Shown here one piece after another: positions 10,422 to 22,395 of a stretch of 64,000 bases of DNA. Source of the stretch: an uncultured delta proteobacterium (GTDB taxonomy: Bacteria; Desulfobacterota; Syntrophia; Syntrophales; UBA2185). The stretch covers positions 128,001 through 192,000 of the forward strand of contig CAVOID010000008.1 of assembly GCA_963695875.1 (NCBI GenBank), read 5' to 3'. The translations under genes and the position numbers were made by a program. The notes below the pieces were generated by a model, which saw nothing but the letters and a program-made list of their open reading frames with translations, searched no databases and was not told the DNA's origin. Every line of letters begins with the position of its first letter. Position 1 is the first letter of the stretch.

Positions 10422-12561
10422 ATGCATAAAGAGATAAAAAAGAGGGATGGCCGCTTATTAAAATTCAATGCGGAAAAGATAACCGATGCCATTGCAAAGG
10501 CCGGGGCTGCAACGGGTGAGTTTGATGGTGATGGAACTATAGCGAGGAAACTCACGATAAAAGTCCTTAACTTAGCGGAAAAGCTCTTCGACGATAAAGT
10601 AATGACAGTGGAAGAAATTCAGGACATTGTTGAAGAGGTGCTATTGTCCTCACCTTATCGCCGAACCGCTAAGGCTTATATCATATACAGGGATCAGCAC
10701 GCTAGATTGAGGGAAATTACCAATAAGATGGAGGTTGACTTAGTAGATCAGTACCTAAAGAAGAAAGACTGGAAGATTAATGAAAACAGCAATATGGACT
10801 ATTCTTTGCAGGGTTTGAACAACTATATATCTTCCGAAGTCAGTAAGGTGTACTGGTTAAATGAGATTTATTCACCGGAAATTAGAAAAGCACATACTAA
10901 TGGTGATTTCCACATTCATGACTTGAGCCTTCTTTCCGTTTATTGCGTTGGCTGGGATCTGTATGATCTTCTGTTGGAGGGCTTCCGGGGTGTGTCCGGG
11001 AAAGTTGAAAGCAAACCGGCCAGGCACCTTCGCAGTGCTCTGGGACAGGTCGTCAATTTCTTTTATACCCTTCAAGGGGAAGCAGCCGGAGCTCAGGCAT
11101 TCTCGAATTTCGACACACTCCTGGCGCCTTTTATTAGATACGATAAGTTGGGTTACAATGAAATACGGCAGGCTCTGCAGGAATTTATTTTTAATATCAA
11201 TGTTCCTACGAGGGTCGGTTTTCAGACCCCCTTTACCAACGTCACCTTAGATGTGACGGTACCGAAGTACTATGCGGATCAAAATGTAATTATCGGAGGG
11301 AAGCCGCAGAAGGAGAAATATAGGGATTTTCAGGAGGAGATGAATCTCTTCAATAAAGCTTTTCTCAGGGTAATGGCAGATGGAGATGCCAAGGGTAGGG
11401 TATTTACCTTTCCTATACCTACATATAACATTACTAAGGGATTCAATTGGGAAGATCATAATCTTGATGACCTGTGGGAAATGACAGCAAAGTATGGGGT
11501 GCCCTATTTTTCAAATTTTATAAATTCAGATATGAATCCGGAAGATGCGAGAAGTATGTGCTGCAGACTTCGCATTGATAACAGGGAATTAGAGAAAAGG
11601 GGAGGGGGGCTTTTCGGATCAAATCCGTTAACCGGTTCCATCGGTGTGATCACGATGAACATGCCGAGAATTGGTTATCTTTCGAAGACGGAAGATGATT
11701 TTATGGAACGTCTGGAAAAGCTGATGATCACTGCTAAGGAAAGTTTAGAGACCAAGAGAAAGGTCCTTGAAAAATTTACAGACGGTAACCTCTATCCTTA
11801 TACAAAATATTACCTGAGGGATGTAAAGAAGCGCTTTAGCGAATATTGGAAGAATCACTTTTCAACAATCGGACTTGTCGGAATGAATGAAGCCTGTCTA
11901 AACTTTCTGGGCAAGAATATAGCTACTACGGAAGGACAAAACTTTACCCTGAAAGTATTGGATTTTATGAGAAGAAAGCTAATAGAATTTCAAAAAGAAA
12001 CAGGAAATAATTATAATCTTGAATCGACTCCTGCGGAAGGCACGTCATACCGTCTTGCAAAAATTGATAAGGCAAAATATCCGGAGATAATGTGTGCCAA
12101 TGAGGACATATATGTAAACAGTAAAGGCGAACCTTTTTACACAAACTCTACACAACTACCTGTGAATTTTACGGACGATATATTCGAAGCACTCGATCTG
12201 CAAGATGAAATCCAGGCAAAATACACAGGGGGAACGGTTTTTCATACGTATGCAGGTGAAAGAATACAAGATCCATCGGCAGTAAAGACATTTGTACAGA
12301 AAAATATGTACCAGTTATCATTTACCTTACCTTACATTCACACCCACCTTTAGCGTTTGTCCCTCACATGGATATTTAAACGGTGAGGAGGCAACATGTC
12401 CAATCTGTATGGAGCCCTGTGAGGTATATTCACGTGTGGTCGGTTATCTGCGTCCTGTTAAACAGTGGAATTTGGGGAAACAGGAGGAGTTTAGAGGAGA
12501 GGAGGGTTTTCAGTTTTTAGAAGATGAAGATTGGCGGGTTGCAGAAGGTATCTTTGATTGA
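10422..12561 (+). CDS. nrdD: Class III anaerobic ribonucleoside-triphosphate reductase with ATP cone (frameshifted near C-terminus; true stop probably near 12520)
   Basis: IKKRDG ATP cone, GDFHIHDL..YC, RSMCCRL, TPAEG, CPSH/CPIC zinc site, glycyl-radical motif YSRVVGYLRP. Confidence 0.95.
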
Positions 12562-13216
12562 ATATCCAGGGAAAATATGTGCGATTGTATTTTCACAAGG
12601 CTGTAACTTCCGATGTCCCTATTGTTATAATCCGGAATTAGTAAATCCAGATCTCTATAAAGAATGTCTGCCTGAAGATGAGGTATTTTCTTTCTTAGCA
12701 AAACGCAGGGGGAAGCTTGATGCGGTGACGATTACAGGAGGTGAACCGACAATCCAGAATGACTTGATTGAGTTTATCAAGCGTGTTAGGAAGATGGGAT
12801 ATTTAATTAAAGTAGATACGAACGGTTCCCATCCTGAGGTTATGGAAAAACTCATCAGCAGGAAGTTAATTGACTATATCGCAATGGATGTAAAAGGGCC
12901 ATTGAAAAAATATCAGGATGATTACGCTTTCCCAGATTCATGAGGATGAAATCAAACAGTGTATTGAAATAATCATGCAATCCGGTATACCATATGAATT
13001 TCGAACCACTGTCCCGAAAAAACTGCTTGAAGAAAGTGATATTTTAGAAATCGGAAAGTTAATAAGGAATGCAAGTCTTTACTGTATTGCAGCATTTTAT
13101 TCCTACTAAGAACACTGGATAAAGAATTCCTAAATTATGAAGCATATTCAGAGAAGAAATGGAATCACTTCAAGGAAAAACTTATGAAAGATATTCCTGC
13201 TGTCGCAATACGATAA
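12524..13216 (+). CDS. nrdG: Anaerobic RNR activating radical SAM protein (frameshifted)
   Basis: GCNFRCPYC, TGGEPT, DTNG, YEFRTT; directly follows nrdD. Confidence 0.9.
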
Positions 13217-13258
13217 TTCACAAATTCGAAATTATTCGGTGAATAGAGAAGTATCACT

Positions 13259-14938
13259 ATGGATAAGGACAAAGAGACAAGCCCTCCTTATTTTACCGAT
13301 AACGATCACATTTATATTCTGCTGAGCAGGCTGTTATCCGAAGTGAAAGGATTTACGGAGAACCAGTTAGATCAAATCAGGCGCTTAAATCAGATAGGAA
13401 CAGCTCTGTCGGCTGAAAGAAACTCTGGACAAGCTGTTAGAAATGATTGTTGATGAAGCAAGGGGATTTACAAATGCAGATGGCGGCACTCTTTATATTA
13501 TGTCCGATGATGAAAAAGAACTCCAATTTGCCATAGTACAGAATACTTCTTTAAATGTCCGCATGGGTGGAACGGGCGGAAAAATTACCTGGCCACCGGT
13601 AAAATTGAGAAATCCTGATGGAAGTCACAATTATGCAAATGTTTCCGCATATGCTGCAATTACGGGCAAGGTCGTTAATATTTCTGACGTCTATAATGCT
13701 GAGGGGTTCAATTTTGAGGGTACAAGAAAATTCGATGCAGAAACGGGATATCGCTCAAGTCCATGCTTGTTGTGCCCATGCGGAATCATGAAAATGATAT
13801 TATTGGTGTTCTGCAATTATTGAATGCGACAAAGGAAGTGACGGATGAGGTTATTCCATTTTCATTTGAAAATCAGAGAATGACGGAATCCCTTGCATCT
13901 CAGGCAGCAGTGGCCATCTACCAATAATCGTCTTATCCATGATCTTGAGGATCTTGTTGGAGTCTTTTATCAAAACTATCGCAACTGGCGATTGACGAGA
14001 AATCTCCCTATACCGGCGGCCATGTTCGCCGGGTTTCAGAGCTTGACAATGACAATTGCGGAAAAGATAAATGAGTCCAAAGAAGGGCCATATGCAGGTA
14101 TTCACTTTGATGAAGATAAATTGAAAGAGCTTCGCATCTCGGCGTGGCTTCATGATGTGGGAAAGATAACTACGCCGGAATTCATAATTGATAAAGGGAA
14201 AAAGCTTGAGACCATTTATGACAGGGTTGAAATCGTTAAAGGCACGTTTTGAGGTTCTTAAACGGGACTATTTTATTGAAGAATTGAAAAAAGTGGATAC
14301 ACAAAAAAAGGGAAAAAACCGGAAAAAAGTTGTTAATGACTGCGAGAAATTTACTAAGGATTTAGAAGCAGATTTTGAATTTCTCGACAGATATTAACAC
14401 AGGAACCAAATTCATGGACGAAAAGATGCTAGACCGGTTGAAAAACATAGCTAGCAAGACAATGGAACTTAGATGGAACATTCGCGATAATGTTCTGAGT
14501 GACGATGAGCTTTACAATTTGAGTATTTCTCAGGGTACACTTACGAAGGAGGAGAAAGAAATAATCAAGAATCATGTAAATGTTACGCATAAAATACTCT
14601 CTCAACTTCCTTTTCCCAAAAAGTTAAAAAATGTCACCTATTACGCTTCTGCTCATCACGAGAAGATCGATGGCGCTGGTTATCCATTTGGATTAAAAGG
14701 CAACCGGATTCCTCTCCAGGCCAGAATTATTGCACTGGCGGATATTTTCGATGCGTTAACAGCGAAGGACAGACCGTATAAGAAGGAAAAAACTCTATCA
14801 GAGGCAGTTAAAATAATGGGGTATATGGTGAAGGAAAATCATATCGATGCTGATCTGTTTGAGCTATTTATTAAGGAACGGATTTATCTTGATTATGCAA
14901 GGAGAGAATTGACACCTCACCAGATTGATATGGTTTAA
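13259..14938 (+). CDS. GAF + HD-GYP cyclic-dinucleotide phosphodiesterase (several frameshifts)
   Basis: GAF (NADGGTLY..LQFAI), WLHDVGKI, HHEKIDGAGYP, ADIFDALTAKDRPYK. Confidence 0.85.
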
Positions 14939-15004
14939 TATAGAAGGGACGAGGTTTCTAAGATAAGCGACCTTTGAAATTAATGATAGTTAGCGATATG
15001 AAAT

Positions 15005-16492
15005 CTACCGATGATCCAAAAGATTACCACGGCGCTTCGTACCTTGTAATGATGTATCATGGGATTTCTCACGGCTTACAATTGATTTGATCTCCTTTTC
15101 TATTTCTTGGGTTTTTTCACTGTAATTTGGAAAATATTTCAGAGCTTCCTTGAAGTGAAAAAGGGCACTGTCCATTTTATTTTTTTTCTTGAAATATATG
15201 CCGAAATTGTAGTGTGAATCGCCAGGATTGTTTGTTTTTCCGTATGCCATGGCAATGCTATAGTATACATCTACATCATCGATATTTTTCTTTTCGATTT
15301 TTTTGTAAAGGTTCAAGGCTGTTGTATAATCACCCTGCAGCTCGTACGATCTTCCAAGGTAAAGTGCGGTATCCGGATCATCTTCATTAAGGGTTAATGC
15401 CTTACGAAGGATGTCAATTGCTTCGGATGTACGACCTAATTTGAAGTAGGCGATTCCGAGATCTCTTGGGATATCTCCGTCATTAGGAGCAATGCTTAAG
15501 GCTTTATGAAAGTTAGTCAGGGATTCATTAGTTCGCCCGAGTCTATCCTGTATTACGGCAATTCCATAAAGGGCTTCGACATCGTTTTGGTTTTTTTGCA
15601 ATTGACTTTGGAAATGCTTAAGACCAGAATCCAGGTCCTTCTCCTTCAATATAAGCATCGTTTGTATCCTTTTTAAATTTCCTATCATACTTTCTGCACC
15701 TCTTTGGGTGTATGTAGTATGCAATAAAGCATCGATATAGGTGATTCTTTCATCAGTGCCCGGGTGGGTGAGAAAATATGAGGGAATCTTGTTTGAGTAG
15801 AATTCGTACTTTTTCATTTTTTTCATGAATTCCAACATTGCCTCACCGTCATAGCCTGCACTGACCAGATAAGACAGGCCGAGTCTGTCAGCCTCTTCTT
15901 CATGTTCGCGGCTGTATTTAAGATTCAGGGTTGTGGCAGTTGCTAATGAAAACGTCACTGCGGCGGCAGAAAGATCCCCCCCACCTCCGAGAAATGCACC
16001 GGCAAGCATTGCGGCAAGCGCAGCAATACCGACCTTTTGCGACTTTTCAATGATATCCGCAATATGTCTTGCATTAACGTGTCCTATTTCATGCCCAAGC
16101 ACAGAGGCAAGTTCACTTTCCTTTTCGACCATATTAATCAAGCCTCTGTTGACATAGACGTAGCCTCCCGGGGTTGCAAAGGCATTGATGGCGGAACTGT
16201 CAATGACGGAAAAACGAAAGTCGAAAGGAGCTTTATTGCTTTGAGCTAGTACCTTATTCCCAAGTTGATTAATATAGGTGTTGATCTTCTTGTCACGTAT
16301 CAGAACATTACTTTTCTCAAGTTTTTCGTAAAATTCTTTTCCGAGTTTCCTTTCATCTTCAATGGTAAAAGACGCATGCGCTAAGCCTACCGCCTGAAAA
16401 AACAAAAAAAGAATAATGACGGGAATAACCCATCTATTCTTCCTTTTAAAGACATTGAATTGATTCAAATGAAGACCTCTTTGATTAAACAA
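15005..16492 (-). CDS. M48 family Zn metalloprotease with TPR repeats (BepA/YfgC-like)
   Basis: INAFATPGG, HEIGH, YSREHEEEAD, LTHP, C-terminal TPRs, signal peptide. Confidence 0.9.
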   Translation of the reverse strand: MFNQRGLHLNQFNVFKRKNRWVIPVIILFLFFQAVGLAHASFTIEDERKLGKEFYEKLEKSNVLIRDKKINTYINQLGNKVLAQSNKAPFDFRFSVIDSSAINAFATPGGYVYVNRGLINMVEKESELASVLGHEIGHVNARHIADIIEKSQKVGIAALAAMLAGAFLGGGGDLSAAAVTFSLATATTLNLKYSREHEEEADRLGLSYLVSAGYDGEAMLEFMKKMKKYEFYSNKIPSYFLTHPGTDERITYIDALLHTTYTQRGAESMIGNLKRIQTMLILKEKDLDSGLKHFQSQLQKNQNDVEALYGIAVIQDRLGRTNESLTNFHKALSIAPNDGDIPRDLGIAYFKLGRTSEAIDILRKALTLNEDDPDTALYLGRSYELQGDYTTALNLYKKIEKKNIDDVDVYYSIAMAYGKTNNPGDSHYNFGIYFKKKNKMDSALFHFKEALKYFPNYSEKTQEIEKEIKSIVSREKSHDTSLQGTKRRGNLLDHR

Positions 16493-16746
16493 TCCGATTT
16501 TACTTGTAGATATTTATTCCAAAGCGCTGTTCAAGAATTATTATTATCTCTTTTAAAAGTCATAATCAAGATATCGTTTATGTCGTTCTATCACAATACA
16601 CAAATTAACTGCATCCAGCGTCCGCTTCTCTATCAATATTGTTAAGGGGTGTTCAATATGCTATATTATACTCATAAGAAAATATACAATATTATAGGTA
16701 TTTGTTTATAAAAAGATATTATAAAAAAAATTAATGTGAGGAGCGG

Positions 16747-17439
16747 ATGATGAAAAAGGGACTGGTTGTTACGATCGATGGTCCCGCCGGTGCTGGTAAA
16801 AGTACAGTCAGCAAGGCCCTTGCGCAAAAATTGTCATATATTTATTTAGATACCGGTGCACTATACAGAGCAGTAGCCTATAAGATAATGGAAGTGGGGA
16901 TTGCGCCGGATAATGAAAAATTGCTTTTCGACCTGTGTAGTCGTACAAATATTCATCTCAAAAACGTCGACGGCAATTTGAATGTTTTTATCGATTGTGA
17001 AAATGTGACAGACAAAATTCGGACTGAAGAAGTAGGTCTTCTTGCGTCAAAGGTTTCGGCAATTTCTATCGTACGAGAGGCACTGTTGGCAATTCAACGG
17101 GAAGCAGGAGAAAAGGGAGGTATAGTGGCCGAAGGTAGAGATATGGGGACAGTAGTATTTCCGGATGCTGACTGCAAGTTTTATCTGGATGCAGATACGG
17201 AAGAAAGAGCTAATAGACGTTACAATGAATTGGTCATGCGGGGTAATATAACCGATTATCAAGAAATTAAAAGAGACCTAATTATTAGGGACCAGCAGGA
17301 TCGGGAAAGAGAAATAGCCCCGCTGAAAGCTTCTCAGGATGCAATTATTGTCGATTCTACAAATATAAGCATTTCAGATGTTGTAGAGAAAATGATGTCG
17401 ATAATTAGAGGCCGCCAAGGGTTAACTTCAACTATGTAG
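16747..17439 (+). CDS. cmk: Cytidylate kinase
   Basis: IDGPAGAGKST, YLDTGALYR, EGRDMGTVVFP. Confidence 0.96.
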   Translation: MMKKGLVVTIDGPAGAGKSTVSKALAQKLSYIYLDTGALYRAVAYKIMEVGIAPDNEKLLFDLCSRTNIHLKNVDGNLNVFIDCENVTDKIRTEEVGLLASKVSAISIVREALLAIQREAGEKGGIVAEGRDMGTVVFPDADCKFYLDADTEERANRRYNELVMRGNITDYQEIKRDLIIRDQQDREREIAPLKASQDAIIVDSTNISISDVVEKMMSIIRGRQGLTSTM

Positions 17440-17621
17440 GCACACCCGCAGCTATATATAACAGGGGTGGATCCATTAGGGTATCCGTCTGAATGGCAGA
17501 ATTAATAAGTTGTGCCGTGTGATAGGTATTTTCATTTGAATTAGCTTGATATTTCATAACCAGTATGTTACGTGTTTTTGATTCGAAGATATTTTTATAA
17601 AATTCAGGGGGTAATGGTTTA

Positions 17622-19408
17622 ATGGTTAACAGTAACAACTTAATTTCAGAAGAACATTTTGAAGGTGAAAAGGTAAATGAAAATGCACCAGTAGAAGATT
17701 GCAGGTACTCAAAAGACCGCGGGCAAGGAAGAAGATATCGGTTTTAAGGAATTATATGAACAGAGCCTGCAGAGTGTGCAGCTTGGTGAAATTGTAACCG
17801 GAAAGGTTGTTCAGATAAATAATGATGTCGTTATGGTTGATGTAGGCTGGAAAACAGAAGGTTATATTCCTGCCAGAGAATTAAAAGATGAAGAAGGCAA
17901 TATTTCCACGTTTCAGTCGGAGATGAAGTGGAAGTCCTGGTCGATAGAAGGGATTCGGATGGCAATCTGGTCTTATCGAGAGACAAGGCCGTTAAAAATT
18001 AAAGTATGGGATGATGTTAGAAATGCTTGCGAGCATAATACTCCTATCAAAGGAACGGTTGTGGAAAGGGTTAAGGGAGGCCTATCCGTTGATATCGGGA
18101 TTTTGGCCTTTCTGCCCGGTTCACAGGTTGATGTCCGTCCGGTAAGAGACCTTGATAAATATGTGGGACAGACATTGATGTTCAATGTTCTCAAGTATGA
18201 CAGGAAAAGAAATAATGTTGTGTTATCAAGAAGGTCGATATTAGAGCATGAAAGGATAGCGGCAAAAAAAGAGACCCTGCAAGGGATTGAAGAAGGAAAG
18301 GTTATAGAAGGGATCATTAAAAATATTACCGATTACGGGCTTTTCATTGATTTAGGTGGAATTGACGGTCTGCTTCATGTGACTGACATATCGTGGGGAA
18401 GAATTACCCGTCCATCAGATAACTTTTTCAAAGGTGATAAAATAAAGGTAAAAGTTCTTTCTTTTGATAGAGACAAGGAGCGGGTATCCCTTAGGTCTGA
18501 AGCAACTGACGGATAATCCCTGGGAGAATATAACAGAGAAATATCCTGTCGGATCAGTTGTTGAAGGTAAAGTTGTAAACCTAACGGATTACGGCGTCTT
18601 TGTGGAACTTGAACCGGGTGTGGAAGGTCTGGTCCATATAACGGAGATGTTTTGGACAAGAGAAATTAAGCATCCATCTAAGAGTATTGATCTATAGGTG
18701 ATGATGTAAGAGTAATGGTTTTGGATGTAAATTCCGAAGCAAAACGCATTTCTCTCGGATTGAAGCAGACAACGGAGAATCCCTGGGAGGCTCTGAAGCA
18801 GAAATATCCGGAGGGGAGCATTGTTAAAGGCGTGATCAGAAATATTACGAACTTTCGGTTTTTTTGTTGGTATTGAAGAGGGCATAGATGGTCTAGTTCA
18901 TGTATCCGATATTTCCTGGAAACAAAATATAAAACATCCTTCGGAGTTATATAAAAAAGGCCAGGAAGTTGAGGCAATGGTTTTGAATATTGATGTAGAA
19001 AACGAAAAATTTTCTCTGGGAATCAAGCAGGTGGATAAGAACCCCTGGGATGAGAAGAATTTTAAATATGCTACAGGATCAATCATTAAAGGAAAGGTGA
19101 CGAACGTTACCGACTTCGGGATTTTTGTGGAGTTAGAAGAAGGTGTGGAAGGATTGGTTCATATTTCGGAATTAAGTCAAAAAAGGGTAAAATCTGCATC
19201 AGAACTATATGCCGTTGGTGATATTGTGACAGCAATAGTTAAAAGCGTGGATTTGCAGAACAGGAGAATCAGGTTGAGCATTAAGGACTACGAAGCAGCG
19301 TCTGAGGGATATTCAGTCACCCAGTACCTTAACAATAAGGAAAATGTTGGTTCAAATCTTGGGAAGGTCATGGCTGATGTTAAAATAGTGGATACTGAGA
19401 AAGGATAA
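17622..19408 (+). CDS. rpsA: 30S ribosomal protein S1 (multiple frameshifts)
   Basis: Repeated S1 domains ([35 protein letters not shown]); follows cmk. Confidence 0.95.
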
Positions 19409-19417
19409 TATCAAACC

Positions 19418-20321
19418 ATGAGAAAACACCCCGTCGCATTCGGGATATTCCTTTTATTTCTTGTTGGTATGGTATTTTTTCTTCTGGTGTATGTTTTAGG
19501 CTCCGTGACAGAAGACAAGCATTCATTTGCACTTAACAATAAAGTAGGCGTCGTAAAAGTCGAGGGAGTTCATTGGTGATACGCACGATGTTATTGAACA
19601 ATTAAATCAATTTGGCAAGGACGATGGTATAAAAGCTGTCATTTTGAGGATCGATTCACCTGGAGGGGGTGTTGCTTCCTCACAAGAAATATATGAGGCT
19701 GTAATTGACTTAAAAAAGAAAAAGAAAGTTGTGGCCTCTATGGGGTCTGTTGCAGCATCAGGTGGTTATATGGTTGCATGCGCTGCGGATAAAATTGTTG
19801 CCAATCCCGGCACTATTACAGGAAGCATATCTGCAGTTATGCATTTTGCCAATGCAGAAGAACTCTTAAAAAAGTTAGGACTTAAAGCGTCAGTCGTCAA
19901 GAGTGGAAAGTTTAAAGATATAGGATCACCGGTCAGGGAAATGACGGCTGAAGAAAAAGCATTACTTCAGGAACTTGTAGATGACATATATGACCAGTTT
20001 CTTGATATGGTTGCCCGGGATAGAAATATCCCAAAAGAGAATCTGAGAAAAATCGCTGACGGAAGGGTTTTTACGGGAAGGCAAGCGCACAAACTGGGTC
20101 TGGTCGACTATTTAGGTGATATGGGTTATGCTTTAACGCTTGCAGGTGAAATGTCCGGGATGAAGGGTAAACCTGATGTTGTGTATCCGAAGAAGAAAGG
20201 ATCAAAATTCTGGGATTATGTTTTTCGTGAGATGTTCACTGCCCTTGATGAACAAATGCGGGGTAAAGTAGAACAACTAACCGGTATTCTATATCTTTCA
20301 CCGATAGCGTATTATTATTAA
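19418..20321 (+). CDS. sppA: Signal peptide peptidase SppA (36K type, frameshift near 19570)
   Basis: RIDSPGG, SMGSVAASGGY, KSGKFKD, ADGRVFTG; rpsA-sppA-ihfB synteny. Confidence 0.92.
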
Positions 20322-20332
20322 ACTTTACACTT

Positions 20333-20618
20333 ATGACGAAAAAGGAATTAATTAAAAAGGTTCAGGAAAAAATAGAAGTTTATCCATCCAAAGATATATC
20401 ATACGCAGTCCATCTGGTATTCGAAGCAATGATTGGAGCGTTAAAAAGAAATGAACGGATAGAGATCAGGGGCTTCGGAAATATTACGGTCAGAAGCACG
20501 AGGACCAGTACTGGGGAGAAATCCAAAGACATCTGATATTGTTCATGTCCCGGGACGAAAAATACCTTTTTTCAAGGTGGGTAAGGAACTTAAGGACATG
20601 ATAAATGGGCGACAGTAA
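20333..20618 (+). CDS. ihfB: Integration host factor beta / HU-family protein (frameshifted)
   Basis: MTKKELI, ERIEIRGFG, then RNPKT..PFFKVGKELKD in a shifted frame. Confidence 0.85.
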
Positions 20619-20627
20619 AATTTGAGC

Positions 20628-20921
20628 CTACGTAATGTCCCATTCATTATCGGGTGAAGCAAAATCCTTTAATTGTTCCCTTCTTTTTTTATGCTGTAGT
20701 TTCTTCAATGCCTTAGCTTCGATTTGTCTTATTCTCTCACGAGTTACACCCATCATTTCACCAACTTCTTCAAGAGTAAACGGTCCATAATTACAGGCGA
20801 CCCATGTACAATTTAAAAAGGTTTCATTTTTAAGACGCCATTCGCAGGTGGTATCCTGGCAAGCTTCAGATATCAAATGCCCTTTCTTTTTACATTTGTA
20901 AGTGTTGATCAATTCACTCAA
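20628..20921 (-). CDS. Small protein: Cys/His-rich N-terminus plus sigma-70 region 4 HTH
   Basis: [28 protein letters not shown] is RpoD region 4.2-like; five Cys and one His precede it; GGGAGAGAGG SD-like sequence and GTG start. Confidence 0.85.
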   Translation of the reverse strand: MSELINTYKCKKKGHLISEACQDTTCEWRLKNETFLNCTWVACNYGPFTLEEVGEMMGVTRERIRQIEAKALKKLQHKKRREQLKDFASPDNEWDIT

Positions 20922-21012
20922 CCCCTCTCTCCCACCAAGCTATTGTAGTTTAAGCTTGCTGCAATGACAAACTGGGAATTCAAAAATACTCATGGTATGA
21001 ATTTACGGTAAT

Positions 21013-21040
21013 ATCATAAGCATTTTTTGTCATTTGTCAA
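21013..21040 (-). promoter_or_regulatory. Sigma-70 promoter for the region-4 protein
   Basis: TTGACA-16 bp-TATGAT on the minus strand. Confidence 0.55.
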
Positions 21041-21085
21041 TAAACTATGATTAAATAATCTGCGGGATTTCCTGAGCTTATTGCT

Positions 21086-22395
21086 TTATTCAGTGTGAAT
21101 ATGAGCTGTACGACCTTTAAGACGCTCAAGACGATGAATCAAGGCTTCCTTTTCTGCCGCAGTTTTGAGGTATGGGAGATTGAGAGCTTTGCTGACTATG
21201 TCGATAGCTTTTTTAAAATCACGTCATTTATGTTCAAACCACTTAGCCAGTTCTTCTGCGGCAAAATAATTGCCCGGGTCATCCATAAGTATCGACTCCC
21301 ATATTCGGACAGCATCACTCCAGCGGCCGGAACGTTTGTAAATCAGGGAAAGGGTTCTTCTGGCCTCGGAGGCAACATCTGAATTTTCTAAGTTTATCAA
21401 CGACTCCAGAATTATCATGGCACCTGATGAATCTCCCCGGTCGAGAAAGAGCCTTGAAACAGCTAAAAGATCAAAATGTCTGGCAGTTGTAATGTCATAA
21501 TCAAATTTCAGCATTTCTGCAAGGTGAAGCGTAAGTATTGCCATCGATATCACATCAAGACGGTTGTGTTCAAAGACATCTACCATAAAGCGGGCGTCAC
21601 GATTTCTCAGCCAGTCGAAATAACGCTGAGGAATTTCGCTTCCCGGGATATCACCGTCACGATGAATGCCGAGAATTTCCTTCTCAAGGGTCATTAGTCG
21701 GCTGTTATCCAGACGATGACCCAGGAGACGACGTGATGGGTGGAGTAAATCGAGATGAGGCATGCCAGCCAGAAGGTCGGGAAGACGGTTAAGGACAAAG
21801 CGTGTAGAAAGCAGGCCGACATCGAATGCCTTGCCGTTAAAGGTTACGATAAAACCCTTATCCCTGGCCATTTCCAGCAAAAAACTCAAAGAGGCACGTT
21901 CCTCGGAGAAGTCACGAGCGAATATTTGTCTCGTAACGAATGTTTCATTTTCAAACCAGCCCAGACCGATCAGGAAGGCAAGTGTGCCGGTGCCGCCTGC
22001 CAATCCGGTGGTTTCCGTATCGAGAAATAAAGCGTCAGTACAATTAAATAAGGCCAGTTCCGGGATATTGGCAAGGAGCGCCACGGCATTCATATCAAGG
22101 TCGGAAATTTCTCTTATACGGCGGCGAGCCGTAATTTGATGAACCGGGATGGAATCCGTGGGCGATGAAAAATTTACCGTGATCATTCTCAACTTCCTCT
22201 CCTTCAATTACATCCTTCAATGGGAGGGAACTGCCGTAAGATGCTGATGGTTGCGTGACAGTAGTAACCTGCCGCCGTAGACATAATGGATTCAATACGC
22301 GTGCGCAGTTTGCTGATTTCATCCGCACGAGGTGATTTCTTTTGTTTCGAAGAATGATCACCGGTCAGGCGTTGCAGACGGTTTATTGTGCTCAT
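21086..22395 (-). CDS. YprB/MrfB-like RNase H-fold exonuclease with TPR tail (frameshifts; in-frame TGA at 21224-21226)
   Basis: FLDTETTGL, TFNGKAFD, HLDLLH, HNRLDV; the frame continues past the TGA as RDFKKA...HRLERL to TAA 21086. Confidence 0.85.
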
